In this document: piece by piece, positions 1 through 8,065 of the stretch
How positions within the stretch are numbered: position 1 is the first letter of the stretch
Layout of the letters: each line of letters starts with the position of its first letter
Origin: Gemmatimonadota bacterium
GTDB lineage: Bacteria; Gemmatimonadota; Gemmatimonadetes; Gemmatimonadales; Gemmatimonadaceae
Assembly (NCBI GenBank): GCA_016194585.1
Contig: JACQBG010000034.1
Span: forward strand, 50,147-114,146
Direction of reading: 5' to 3'
DNA: 64,000 nt
Position numbers and translations under genes: made by a program
Notes under the pieces: generated by a model
Seen by the model: the letters and a program-made list of their open reading frames with translations, nothing else
The model's database searches: none
Told to the model about the DNA's origin: nothing

Positions 1-133
1 AGCCCGGTGGAGTATCGCCGGGCACAGGAAATTGCGTCAGATTAGGCCAGCGAGTGTCTCGCGAACCGGGGAGCACTACCACTGCAGCCAGGTCGATCCC
101 ACAGGCCGTGAGGACTTCCGTTCTGTGATCCCG

Positions 134-1867
134 ATGTCGAAACCCCTCTTCAAGGTGCTGGACGACATCCTCTACGACAGCCCGGCACCCCGATACGTGA
201 TCTTGTTGGCGGACTCCGGCATGGGGAAGACGACCGCGCTCATCAACTACTATGCGCGGAATCTGAGACGGCAAATCCACAAGGACATCGTGCTGTTGTA
301 TCTCGGAACCCCGCGCCTGCTTTCGCGCATTTCGAGTGTCAAGCGCAAGGGCGAGAAGATGCTTTTCCTTGATGCCCTCGATGAAGACACGAAGGCCCTT
401 GCCGATCACCGCAGGCGCGTCTACGACGTGATGGATGCCGCCCGCGGGTTCGAGTGCGTCGTGATCTCTTGTCGCACTCAGTTCTTCCTACGGGACGAAG
501 AGATCGCGCGCGACACCGGCATCATGCGGTACGGGCCGCGAGCGGCCGGGGAGAGCGGCAATTACGACTTACTGAAGCTCTATCTCGTGCCGTTCACGAC
601 CCGGCAAGTCGATGCCTACGTACGCAAACGGTACCCGATTTGGCGGCAGCGGCAGCGCCGCTTGGCGCGCGAGGTGATCGCGCGCATCGCCGACCTGAGC
701 AGTCGACCGATGCTGTTGGCCTACATCGACGATCTCATCACCGGCAGCTTGGACCTGGCGCGCGTCACCGACGCCTACGAACGGATCGTCACGGCTTGGC
801 TCGAGCGGGAGCGCGCGCATGTGGGCAATGTGGAGGCCATGCGCACTTTCAGCGAACGGCTCGCCGTGGATCTGTATCTCAAGCGCTCGCAGCGGAGGGG
901 AGAGGCGATTGCTGCCGCCGAGATTGCCGAGCGCGCCGCCGAGTGGAACGTGCCAATCGACCGATGGAATCTCACGGGACGATCGCTCCTCACCCGCGAT
1001 GCCGCCGGGCAGTTCCGATTCGCGCATCGCTCCATCATGGAATACCTGTTCGTCGTGGCCGCGTTGGGCGGCGACGCGGCCAGCCTCAGCGCCGATTGGA
1101 CGGATCAGATGATTCGGTTTGGTTCGGAACTGCTATTGGCCCCGGAGGCACGTGCCAAACTCTTGCCGTACGTGGACGGCATACTGGCTGGGGGACCTGG
1201 CCCCGGCATGTCCTCCGCAACGGCGCCGGCTGGACTGCTCGCTTGCGTCCGAAATGCAATATGGCAGCGCCACAACGCTATGCCGCGATCACCTTGGAAG
1301 TCGGAGGACGAAAGAGCGTCCGAGAACGCTGAGCGCGTGCTGCGCGATATTGTGGACCTGATGTATCTCGGACTGCGCCTCGAAGGGCTTCCGCACGATG
1401 GGTTGTACGTGAGCATCACGATGCTGGGGCGCACACCCGCCGACGAGCCGCTTGCGGTGCATGCAACGGGCGCTGCTTCGATGCCGCGTACGTGGCTGGA
1501 CGCCGCGCGGCATCAACCAGGGCGCGCGGGCCTGGAGCGGCTCGCCAAAGTCCTGCAGAATGAACAAGAATCGGCGATCCTAGAGGAAACTCATCTCCCC
1601 CAGCTACCAGATCGTGTCATTGTGGAACGGGATTCACGCTGGGCGTTGGCTGCGAGCCTAATTGTCATGGGATTCGGAAATGCGGCGTGGATCCGCGTGG
1701 CACCGGCGTTTCTCGGATCGGCTTGCGTGGAAATTGTCGTCGAACTGACCGGCGGCGATGCCGCTACAATCAGGAGGCAAACCGTCGCTAAAGCGCTTCG
1801 CTTCATCAACCACGCGCAGTTCGCGTGGTGTGCGGAGAGCTACTCGTCGGCCGACTTCGATTTCTGA
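134..1867 (+). CDS. NACHT-type STAND P-loop NTPase with uncharacterised ~230-aa C-terminal region
   Basis: ORF 32..1867 starts at TTG; the likely start is ATG 134 (MSKPLFKVL). Motifs appear in NACHT order: Walker A LLADSGMGKTT, Walker B MLFLDALDE, ISCRTQFF, LYLVPFTTRQVDAYV, LSSRPMLL, FAHRSIMEYL. Only ~25 aa precede the P-loop region, so there is no N-terminal effector domain. The C-terminal third has no motif I recognise. Confidence 0.75.
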   Translation: MSKPLFKVLDDILYDSPAPRYVILLADSGMGKTTALINYYARNLRRQIHKDIVLLYLGTPRLLSRISSVKRKGEKMLFLDALDEDTKALADHRRRVYDVMDAARGFECVVISCRTQFFLRDEEIARDTGIMRYGPRAAGESGNYDLLKLYLVPFTTRQVDAYVRKRYPIWRQRQRRLAREVIARIADLSSRPMLLAYIDDLITGSLDLARVTDAYERIVTAWLERERAHVGNVEAMRTFSERLAVDLYLKRSQRRGEAIAAAEIAERAAEWNVPIDRWNLTGRSLLTRDAAGQFRFAHRSIMEYLFVVAALGGDAASLSADWTDQMIRFGSELLLAPEARAKLLPYVDGILAGGPGPGMSSATAPAGLLACVRNAIWQRHNAMPRSPWKSEDERASENAERVLRDIVDLMYLGLRLEGLPHDGLYVSITMLGRTPADEPLAVHATGAASMPRTWLDAARHQPGRAGLERLAKVLQNEQESAILEETHLPQLPDRVIVERDSRWALAASLIVMGFGNAAWIRVAPAFLGSACVEIVVELTGGDAATIRRQTVAKALRFINHAQFAWCAESYSSADFDF

Positions 1868-2388
1868 TAAGCGCGCGGGGATTCCTGAACACAACACAAC
1901 GTGCTAGGACTCCAGCGAGGCGATGTCGCCAGCGGAAGCACTCACGGCCTCGTCGCTCGCTGGTCGTCAGCCGATCAAGCGTGACTGAGGCTCGGCGTCG
2001 GCCTCGGACGCCGTCGGGTCCAAAGCCATGACGCTCCGCGTGCCTTCCGGCTCCACAGCACAGCCGATGGACGTGCGCGCGTCCCTTCATCGGCCACCCG
2101 ACGGCGTGGTGTCGACCGAGGGCTCGGTGCCAGCCACTGCCGATCCACCGCGCGAGCACCGGTCTCGCGGCGATTCGGGACGTACAAGCGACGGGAAGTT
2201 CCGGCCGAAGACATCACTGGCCGACGGAGGCAGTCGGCAAACACTAATTGTCGATGGGCGCCAAGCGATGCGCATAAGTGCTTGCGGGACAATGAGGCGA
2301 CGGTGTCCTATTTGTCAGACTTTGATTGTATGAGCCACTCCTGGCGCGGGCGATCGGCCCTCGCCCGGCCAACAATCCGAGCGGTCGG

Positions 2389-3093
2389 CTACAGCGCCGC
2401 GAGCGCCGCGAGTCGTGCGAGCGTCCCGCGGATCGCCGTCGTCGGGTCATCCGCGTTGTTCAAGTGCGCGGCGGCCACGACTTCGGCGAGACCGCTCTTG
2501 AGGAGTGTCGTGGCGAACGCGACGAGACGCGCTCGCACCGCGGCGCTCGCGACCGCTGTCTCCGCCGCCACGGTCGGACGCGAGGCGATCAGGGCGATGA
2601 TGTCTTCCATGTCGTGACTCGCCCGAAGGTCGTCTCCACCGCGGTCGGCGTAGGCCGCCAATTTCATCGCGAGGAACGCGGGGGCCGCGACGTGCCGGAA
2701 CGCGACGCCATCGATTGTCGCGACGACGGCGCTCGCGATGGCCTCGGCGTCCCACAGGTTGCCGCTGCCGCCGAGATGGGCGCCCGCCGGGACGAGATCG
2801 AACCGTACGCCGCTCGGTGCGTGCCATCGGTGCAGGTGCGCGGACACGGCGGTGTCGTGCCGGAAGCCGCGGGCGCGCAGCGCGTCGTGGAATGCGTGCG
2901 CGTGGTCGTAGCGTGTCGACGCGAGGACGCCGTCGACATCCTTCGTCGGACGGGCCTCCGGGAGCGGTGACGCGGTATGCAAGAGCGGAGCGACCGCACC
3001 ACCGATGAACACGACGTCGGTCGCGAGCGGCCCCAAGTCGCGGACGAGTGCGACGATGCGCGCGACCGACCGGTGCGTCACCTCCGAACTCAC
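2389..3093 (-). CDS. nucleotidyltransferase-fold protein, AbiEii/AbiGii-toxin-like
   Basis: 234-aa ORF with GTG start. FIGGAVAPLL...RPTKDVDGV resembles the GGxA...R-T-x-D-x-D motif of AbiEii-type NTases. GTGA start/stop overlap with the upstream wHTH gene. Confidence 0.6.
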   Translation of the reverse strand: MSSEVTHRSVARIVALVRDLGPLATDVVFIGGAVAPLLHTASPLPEARPTKDVDGVLASTRYDHAHAFHDALRARGFRHDTAVSAHLHRWHAPSGVRFDLVPAGAHLGGSGNLWDAEAIASAVVATIDGVAFRHVAAPAFLAMKLAAYADRGGDDLRASHDMEDIIALIASRPTVAAETAVASAAVRARLVAFATTLLKSGLAEVVAAAHLNNADDPTTAIRGTLARLAALAAL

Positions 3094-3608
3094 AGGTGGA
3101 CAGCGCCGGTGGGAGCGCCGAAACGCTGGCGCAGGGCGTGCAGCGCGAGCTGGCGCTCGCGCGCACGACCCGTGCGGAGCGAGTCGACGAGGGAGAGCGC
3201 GGCGTAGGTCCCCGGGGACCGGCGCGGGAGTTCGCTGGCTTTCGGCACGAGCGGTTCGATGGCGCGGCCACGCACGGGGCCTCCGGCGCAGGGCCAGACC
3301 AGGGGTTCGTCGCCTGCATCGAGGGCGTCAGCGATCACCGGCCCCGAGCGCCCCGTCGGGATCCCCTGACGAAGGACGCCGGGGCTGGCGGGGAAGACGT
3401 ACTGGAGGCCGTGCTCCAGGAATTCGATGAGCGCGAGACGATTGATCCGGCGGCCATCGGGGAATGCGATGCCGACCGCGATCAATCGCTTGACCGAATC
3501 GAACGCCTTGCTTGCGCTGATGCCGAGGGTTTGGGCGAGCGGTTCGAATTTCATGCCCGGGTGTTCGGCGAGAACGACAGCTACGGCCACATCGATAGGT
3601 GAACGCAT
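3090..3608 (-). CDS. winged-helix DNA-binding protein, AbiEi-antitoxin-like partner of the NTase
   Basis: 172-aa ORF with ATG start. N-terminal HTH-like segment (FEPLAQTLGISASKAFDSVKRLIAVGI). 4-nt overlap with the downstream NTase gene. AT-rich promoter region with a palindrome lies upstream. Confidence 0.5.
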   Translation of the reverse strand: MRSPIDVAVAVVLAEHPGMKFEPLAQTLGISASKAFDSVKRLIAVGIAFPDGRRINRLALIEFLEHGLQYVFPASPGVLRQGIPTGRSGPVIADALDAGDEPLVWPCAGGPVRGRAIEPLVPKASELPRRSPGTYAALSLVDSLRTGRARERQLALHALRQRFGAPTGAVHL

Positions 3609-3749
3609 ATAATTATCAATGAGTTACAGTATTCGCGAATGGCGAATATTATACCAGAAGAGGCTGAAACACAAGGTGGACATGCCCGGACCTGCCGCTA
3701 TCGTTCTCCCAGCACGTTGGACTCGCACCGCTCACCCCTCGAGGTCCCG

Positions 3750-4706
3750 ATGTCCACCCCCCGCGCGCGCCGCTGGCTCCGCGCACTCGCCGCCTCCATC
3801 GTCCTCCCCGCGCTCGCCGTCGCGCAGACGGGGTGGGTCACCACCTCCGACTCGGCGCAACTCTACTACCGTGTCATCGGCCACGCCGCCGACACCATCA
3901 TCGCCATCCACGGCGGGCCGGGGCTCGATCACGAGTCGATCTACGGCGACTTCGCGGTGCTGGGCGAACGCCACACCGTCATCTTCTACGACCAGCGCGG
4001 GGGCGGGAAGTCGACGCTCCCCACCGACACGACGACGCTCGTCGCCACGCGCCAGGTGCAGGACCTCGACGATCTCCGGCGGCACTTCAAGCTCGAGCGC
4101 GTGACCCTCGTCGCGCACTCGTACGGCCCGCTGCTCGCCGCGAGCTATGCGATCGCCCACCCGGCGAACGTGAAGCGGATGGTGTTCTTCGGGCCCGTGC
4201 CGCCGCGCCGCGGCGACTTCTGGCAGCGGTATGCGAAGAACCTGAACGCGCGGCTCGACAGCGCGCAGCGCGCGCAGATGGCGCGCTCGGCGCGCGAGAT
4301 GACGAGCGCCACGGGACACGTGCGGCAGGGGTGCCGCGACTACTGGGCGATCGCGACGCGGCCGCGGCTCGCGGAGCCCGATCGCACGATGCCGCTCGTG
4401 AAGTCCGACCTCTGCGCCACCGACCCGGCGGGGATCCGCTACGGGAACACGGTGAGCAACCGCGTCATCATGAATTCGTACGGCGACTGGGACCTGCGAG
4501 CGCAGCTGCGCACGCTCCGCATCCCGACGCTCGTCGTGCACGGCGAGGAGGAGACCATCCCGATGGACCTCGTCGAGGAGTGGGTCACGTCGCTGCCGAT
4601 GGCGCGGCTGTTCAAGGTGGCGCGCGCGGCGCACTTCACGTACGCCGAGCGGCCGGAGATCGTGTGGCCGGAGGTGGAGCGGTTCCTGGCGGGGAAGGGA
4701 AAGTAG
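3750..4706 (+). CDS. secreted alpha/beta hydrolase, prolyl aminopeptidase-like
   Basis: Internal ATG 3750 gives a signal peptide (MSTPRARRWLRALAASIVLPALAVAQ). IAIHGGPGLDHES and LVAHSYGP (GxSxG-like nucleophile elbow) fit the proline iminopeptidase family. Confidence 0.75.
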   Translation: MSTPRARRWLRALAASIVLPALAVAQTGWVTTSDSAQLYYRVIGHAADTIIAIHGGPGLDHESIYGDFAVLGERHTVIFYDQRGGGKSTLPTDTTTLVATRQVQDLDDLRRHFKLERVTLVAHSYGPLLAASYAIAHPANVKRMVFFGPVPPRRGDFWQRYAKNLNARLDSAQRAQMARSAREMTSATGHVRQGCRDYWAIATRPRLAEPDRTMPLVKSDLCATDPAGIRYGNTVSNRVIMNSYGDWDLRAQLRTLRIPTLVVHGEEETIPMDLVEEWVTSLPMARLFKVARAAHFTYAERPEIVWPEVERFLAGKGK

Positions 4707-4731
4707 GCGCGGCGCGCGCGGCTCGGCGCGC

Positions 4732-6168
4732 CTACCGCGTCCAGATCACGATCGACCCGCACCCCGTCGACGACGTCTTGTCGTACTGCGGCGGGATGGT
4801 GCCGACGGCGTTGTAGACCTCGATCCCCTTGATCGCCTCGGGCGTGACGAGCCCGGCCAGGTTGGCGAACGAGGCGCCGCCGGGCCCGGGACCGTCGACG
4901 GCGTACGGCGAGCCGTCGAGGAAGAAGTTGGGGATGCACGAGCCCTGCGCCCCGCCGCGCAGCATCGGCATGGGGTAGCCGCTCGTGCCGTACTCCACCT
5001 TCATGCCGCGGATGCTGGCGAGCACCTGGTTCAGGTCGGCGAAGGTCGACTTCCTGATGTCCTCGTCGGTGAGGAACGCCCCCATCCCCATCTGCTTGCG
5101 CTTGTCGAAGCCGTCGAGCGACATCAGCGAGGTGTTCTGCTGCCCCTTGATGGCGACCGCCTGCAGCTTCTGCGCCTGCCGGTCGACGGTGAGCGTGGTG
5201 TCGCGCACCACGCCCGTCGCGAGGTCGAACGTGAACGTCACCGGCGACGCGCCGATGGAGCGCACCTCGACGGTGCGCGTGCCGGCCGGCACGCGGTCGA
5301 TCCAGAACGCGCCGGTGGAATCGGTGCGCGACGTGCGCCGCGTGCCCAGCACGGTGAGCGTGGCGCCGCGGACCACGCCGCCCCCCTTCTCCTTGAGCGC
5401 GCCGCGCAGCGTCACCGTGCCGCGATGGCCGATGGCGATGCGCGGGGAGGCGTCGGCGACGATGTCGCGCGCCGCGCTGTCCTTGCGGCTCACCGCGAGG
5501 TCGACGCGGCGGAGCAGCTGGTCGTGCGCGGCGAGCGGCACGGGGCCGGCGATGAAGCCGCCGGCGTCGGCGTAGACGTCGAGCGCGAGGTCGGTGGGCA
5601 CGCCGCAGAGCAGGTAGGCGCCGTCGGCCTTGGTGTGCGTCTCGACCCCCACGGGGTGCCCCTGCGTGCGGCCGCCGACGAGCGTGTACTCCGTCCACGA
5701 CGTGCGCGCGGCGGCGCCGTTCACGGGAGAGCCGTCGTCGACGTCGCGCACGCGGCCGATCACCACCCCGGTCGCGGGCTCGTGCGCCCCGGGACACATC
5801 ATCGAATACGCCGTCGCTGCGCTCGGCGTCGACAGCCGCACGTTGACCCTCGTGCCGCCCACGTCGACGGGGACGACCGGCGCCTGCAGGTCGAGCGCGT
5901 CGAGCAGCGGGTGCATGAAGCCGAGCGTGTAGTGGCCGTTGGGGACGCTGTCGAACTGGAAGCGTCCGCGGGCGTCGGTCGTCGCGTATTTCGAGCGCTC
6001 GACGAGCACGACGGTCGCGCCCGCGAGCGGCGACTGCGCGCTCAGCGAATCGTACACCGTGCCGACGATCGTGCCCTGTGCCGCCTGTGTGGCCGGCGTG
6101 CCCTGTGCGGCGGCACGCACGGCGTGCAGCGCCACGGCGGCGCAGGCCATCGCTCCCCAGATCCTCAT
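4732..6168 (-). CDS. carboxypeptidase-regulatory-like domain protein with C-terminal TonB-receptor plug-like domain
   Basis: Signal peptide present. Repeated GTVxD...G.PL.GA.V...TD..G.F motifs (CarboxypepD_reg). C-terminal IKGIEVY...GSIVIWTR is plug-like. Confidence 0.65.
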   Translation of the reverse strand: MRIWGAMACAAVALHAVRAAAQGTPATQAAQGTIVGTVYDSLSAQSPLAGATVVLVERSKYATTDARGRFQFDSVPNGHYTLGFMHPLLDALDLQAPVVPVDVGGTRVNVRLSTPSAATAYSMMCPGAHEPATGVVIGRVRDVDDGSPVNGAAARTSWTEYTLVGGRTQGHPVGVETHTKADGAYLLCGVPTDLALDVYADAGGFIAGPVPLAAHDQLLRRVDLAVSRKDSAARDIVADASPRIAIGHRGTVTLRGALKEKGGGVVRGATLTVLGTRRTSRTDSTGAFWIDRVPAGTRTVEVRSIGASPVTFTFDLATGVVRDTTLTVDRQAQKLQAVAIKGQQNTSLMSLDGFDKRKQMGMGAFLTDEDIRKSTFADLNQVLASIRGMKVEYGTSGYPMPMLRGGAQGSCIPNFFLDGSPYAVDGPGPGGASFANLAGLVTPEAIKGIEVYNAVGTIPPQYDKTSSTGCGSIVIWTR

Positions 6169-6337
6169 CGTTCCCCCGCAGGTTCAGCCACGCCGTGCGA
6201 GGCTAGCCGCGGCTCAGGGCGTGCGCAAGTGCGCGCCGGAGCTCGCGCGCCCTCGGCGCGCCGAGGGTGGTACACCCTCGGCGGCCAAAAAGTGTCGGGA
6301 TGGCGCCGGGCTTACGCGACTGCCCGGCGTCGGGCGG

Positions 6338-7855
6338 TCAGAACGTGATGGTGGTGCCGGCGAACGAGAATCGCTGCACGCCGCCGCCGCCGGGGGTCTG
6401 CTTCATGAAGCGCCCCGGATCGACTTCGGCGATGCCGCCGAGGAGGCGCAGATTGCGGCCGAGCTTCACCGTCGCGGTGAAGTCGGTCTCGACGCCCACG
6501 TCACGCGCCGTGTTGCCGCTCGCGGCGCGGAAGAGCGTGTTCTGCTTGTTGTAGACGCCGTCGGCGAGCTCGACGCGCGAGAACGACCGCGTGACGAGCC
6601 CGAGGTCGAGCCACGACGCCGCGTCGGCGGTGACGCCGCCTCGCAGTTCGGCGAGGTTGCCGCGCCCGAAGACGTCGGCGATGCCGCCGTGCGAGTGCGC
6701 CGAGGCGTAGAGCGCCGTGAAGGTGCCGGCCTGCGTGTCGTTCGGGTCTTTGTCGCCGCTCGCCTTGTCGTAGCCGGCGATGAGCGTCGGCGCGCCGGGC
6801 GCGCGCCGGAAGACGACCTGCGCCTCGGTCGCGAAGAACCAGGCGTTGATCACCTTGTCGCCCTGCCAGCCGCGCTGCTCGGCGGCTTCGTATTCGAACG
6901 ATGCCTGCGCGCCGCTCGCGCCGAACACCGGCGCCTTCCACTGCGCGGTGCTGCCGTAGGTGGTGCGCTCGTGCCGCGGGCCGAGCACGGCGTCGAGCTG
7001 GAGCACGTACAGCTGCCACGTCGCCGGCACGAAGCTGCGGCGCGCCGTGGCGGTCTGCGCCGCGCCGACGGCGATGTAGCGGAAACGCGTCGTCGAGTCG
7101 GGGCGGTTGGGGAGGTCCATGCGAACGGCCATCACGTGCGCGTCGAGCACGTCGAACGCGAGCGGGCCGAGCACCGACTGCACGCGCAGCCCGTCGAACG
7201 AGCGGCGCGAGTTGGTCCAGTCGCTGATCCCGACGAGGCGTTCGCGGCCGAGGATGACGTCCTGCCGGCCGAGGCGGATGCCGGTGGCGCCCCACCCACC
7301 CTCGACGAAGGAATTCTGCCAGTCGTGGCGGTCCTCCTCGTTGCTGCGCACGCCGCCCGGGAGCCGGCGGTCGTAGCCCTGCGCGTCGCGCATCTCGGCG
7401 AAGCCGCGCAGGTACGGGCCCGTGGCGGTGCCCACGTGCAGGTCGCCGCTCAGCAGCGTGCGGCTCACGCCGAAATCGTTCTGCATGGTGGGCGCGGCGA
7501 AGAACTGGAAGTCGCGCACCGACTCCTCGCGCCATCGGAGCTGGCCGCCGAAGGTGACCCACGCGAGGTCGTGCGGAGCGAGCGGGATGTGCTTGAGGGC
7601 GTCGTTCCAACCCTGGCGAGCGCCCGAGAGGTCGGGCCACTGCTCGTCGAAGCGCAGGGGACGGAACTCCGGACGTTTCGGCGCGGGCGCCTTGCGGTCG
7701 GCACGCTTCGCAGCGGGATGAGCGGCCGAATCGACGGCGATGCTCGCCTCCTGCGGCGCGACGAAGCGACCGCCGGCCTTGGCCGTGGAAACGGCAAGCA
7801 GGCACGCACAGGCGATGCCGATCGCGCGTGCGGCGATTTTGCGTGAAGCGGACAT
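6338..7855 (-). CDS. outer-membrane beta-barrel, alginate-export (AlgE-like) family
   Basis: Signal peptide, alternating beta-strand pattern, FGGQLRWREE motif and C-terminal aromatic residue (…TTITF). Confidence 0.55.
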   Translation of the reverse strand: MSASRKIAARAIGIACACLLAVSTAKAGGRFVAPQEASIAVDSAAHPAAKRADRKAPAPKRPEFRPLRFDEQWPDLSGARQGWNDALKHIPLAPHDLAWVTFGGQLRWREESVRDFQFFAAPTMQNDFGVSRTLLSGDLHVGTATGPYLRGFAEMRDAQGYDRRLPGGVRSNEEDRHDWQNSFVEGGWGATGIRLGRQDVILGRERLVGISDWTNSRRSFDGLRVQSVLGPLAFDVLDAHVMAVRMDLPNRPDSTTRFRYIAVGAAQTATARRSFVPATWQLYVLQLDAVLGPRHERTTYGSTAQWKAPVFGASGAQASFEYEAAEQRGWQGDKVINAWFFATEAQVVFRRAPGAPTLIAGYDKASGDKDPNDTQAGTFTALYASAHSHGGIADVFGRGNLAELRGGVTADAASWLDLGLVTRSFSRVELADGVYNKQNTLFRAASGNTARDVGVETDFTATVKLGRNLRLLGGIAEVDPGRFMKQTPGGGGVQRFSFAGTTITF

Positions 7856-7951
7856 GACGGGGGGAGACGCGTTCGGGGCGGTCGAGTGGCGACTGCTGCT
7901 CCCCTATAGTATCGCCCCGCCCGGAGATTCCAGAGGTGCGGAGGTGGCGCG

Positions 7952-8065
7952 TCACTCCTTGCAGCTCAGCACCTCCTCGAAGTACGCGATCGCCCGCGCG
8001 TCGTGCGATTGCCCGAGCCAGAACACCGCCTGCTTGCGGATCTCCGGGTCCTTCGCGGTGCCTAG
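7952..8065 (-). pseudogene. possible 3' remnant of a HEAT-repeat protein gene
   Basis: Only the last ~37 codons of ORF 7952..9337 lie outside the kinase gene. They read LGTAKDPEIRKQAVFWLGQSHDARAIAYFEEVL, a HEAT-repeat-like motif. There is no in-frame start outside the kinase gene. Confidence 0.25.
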
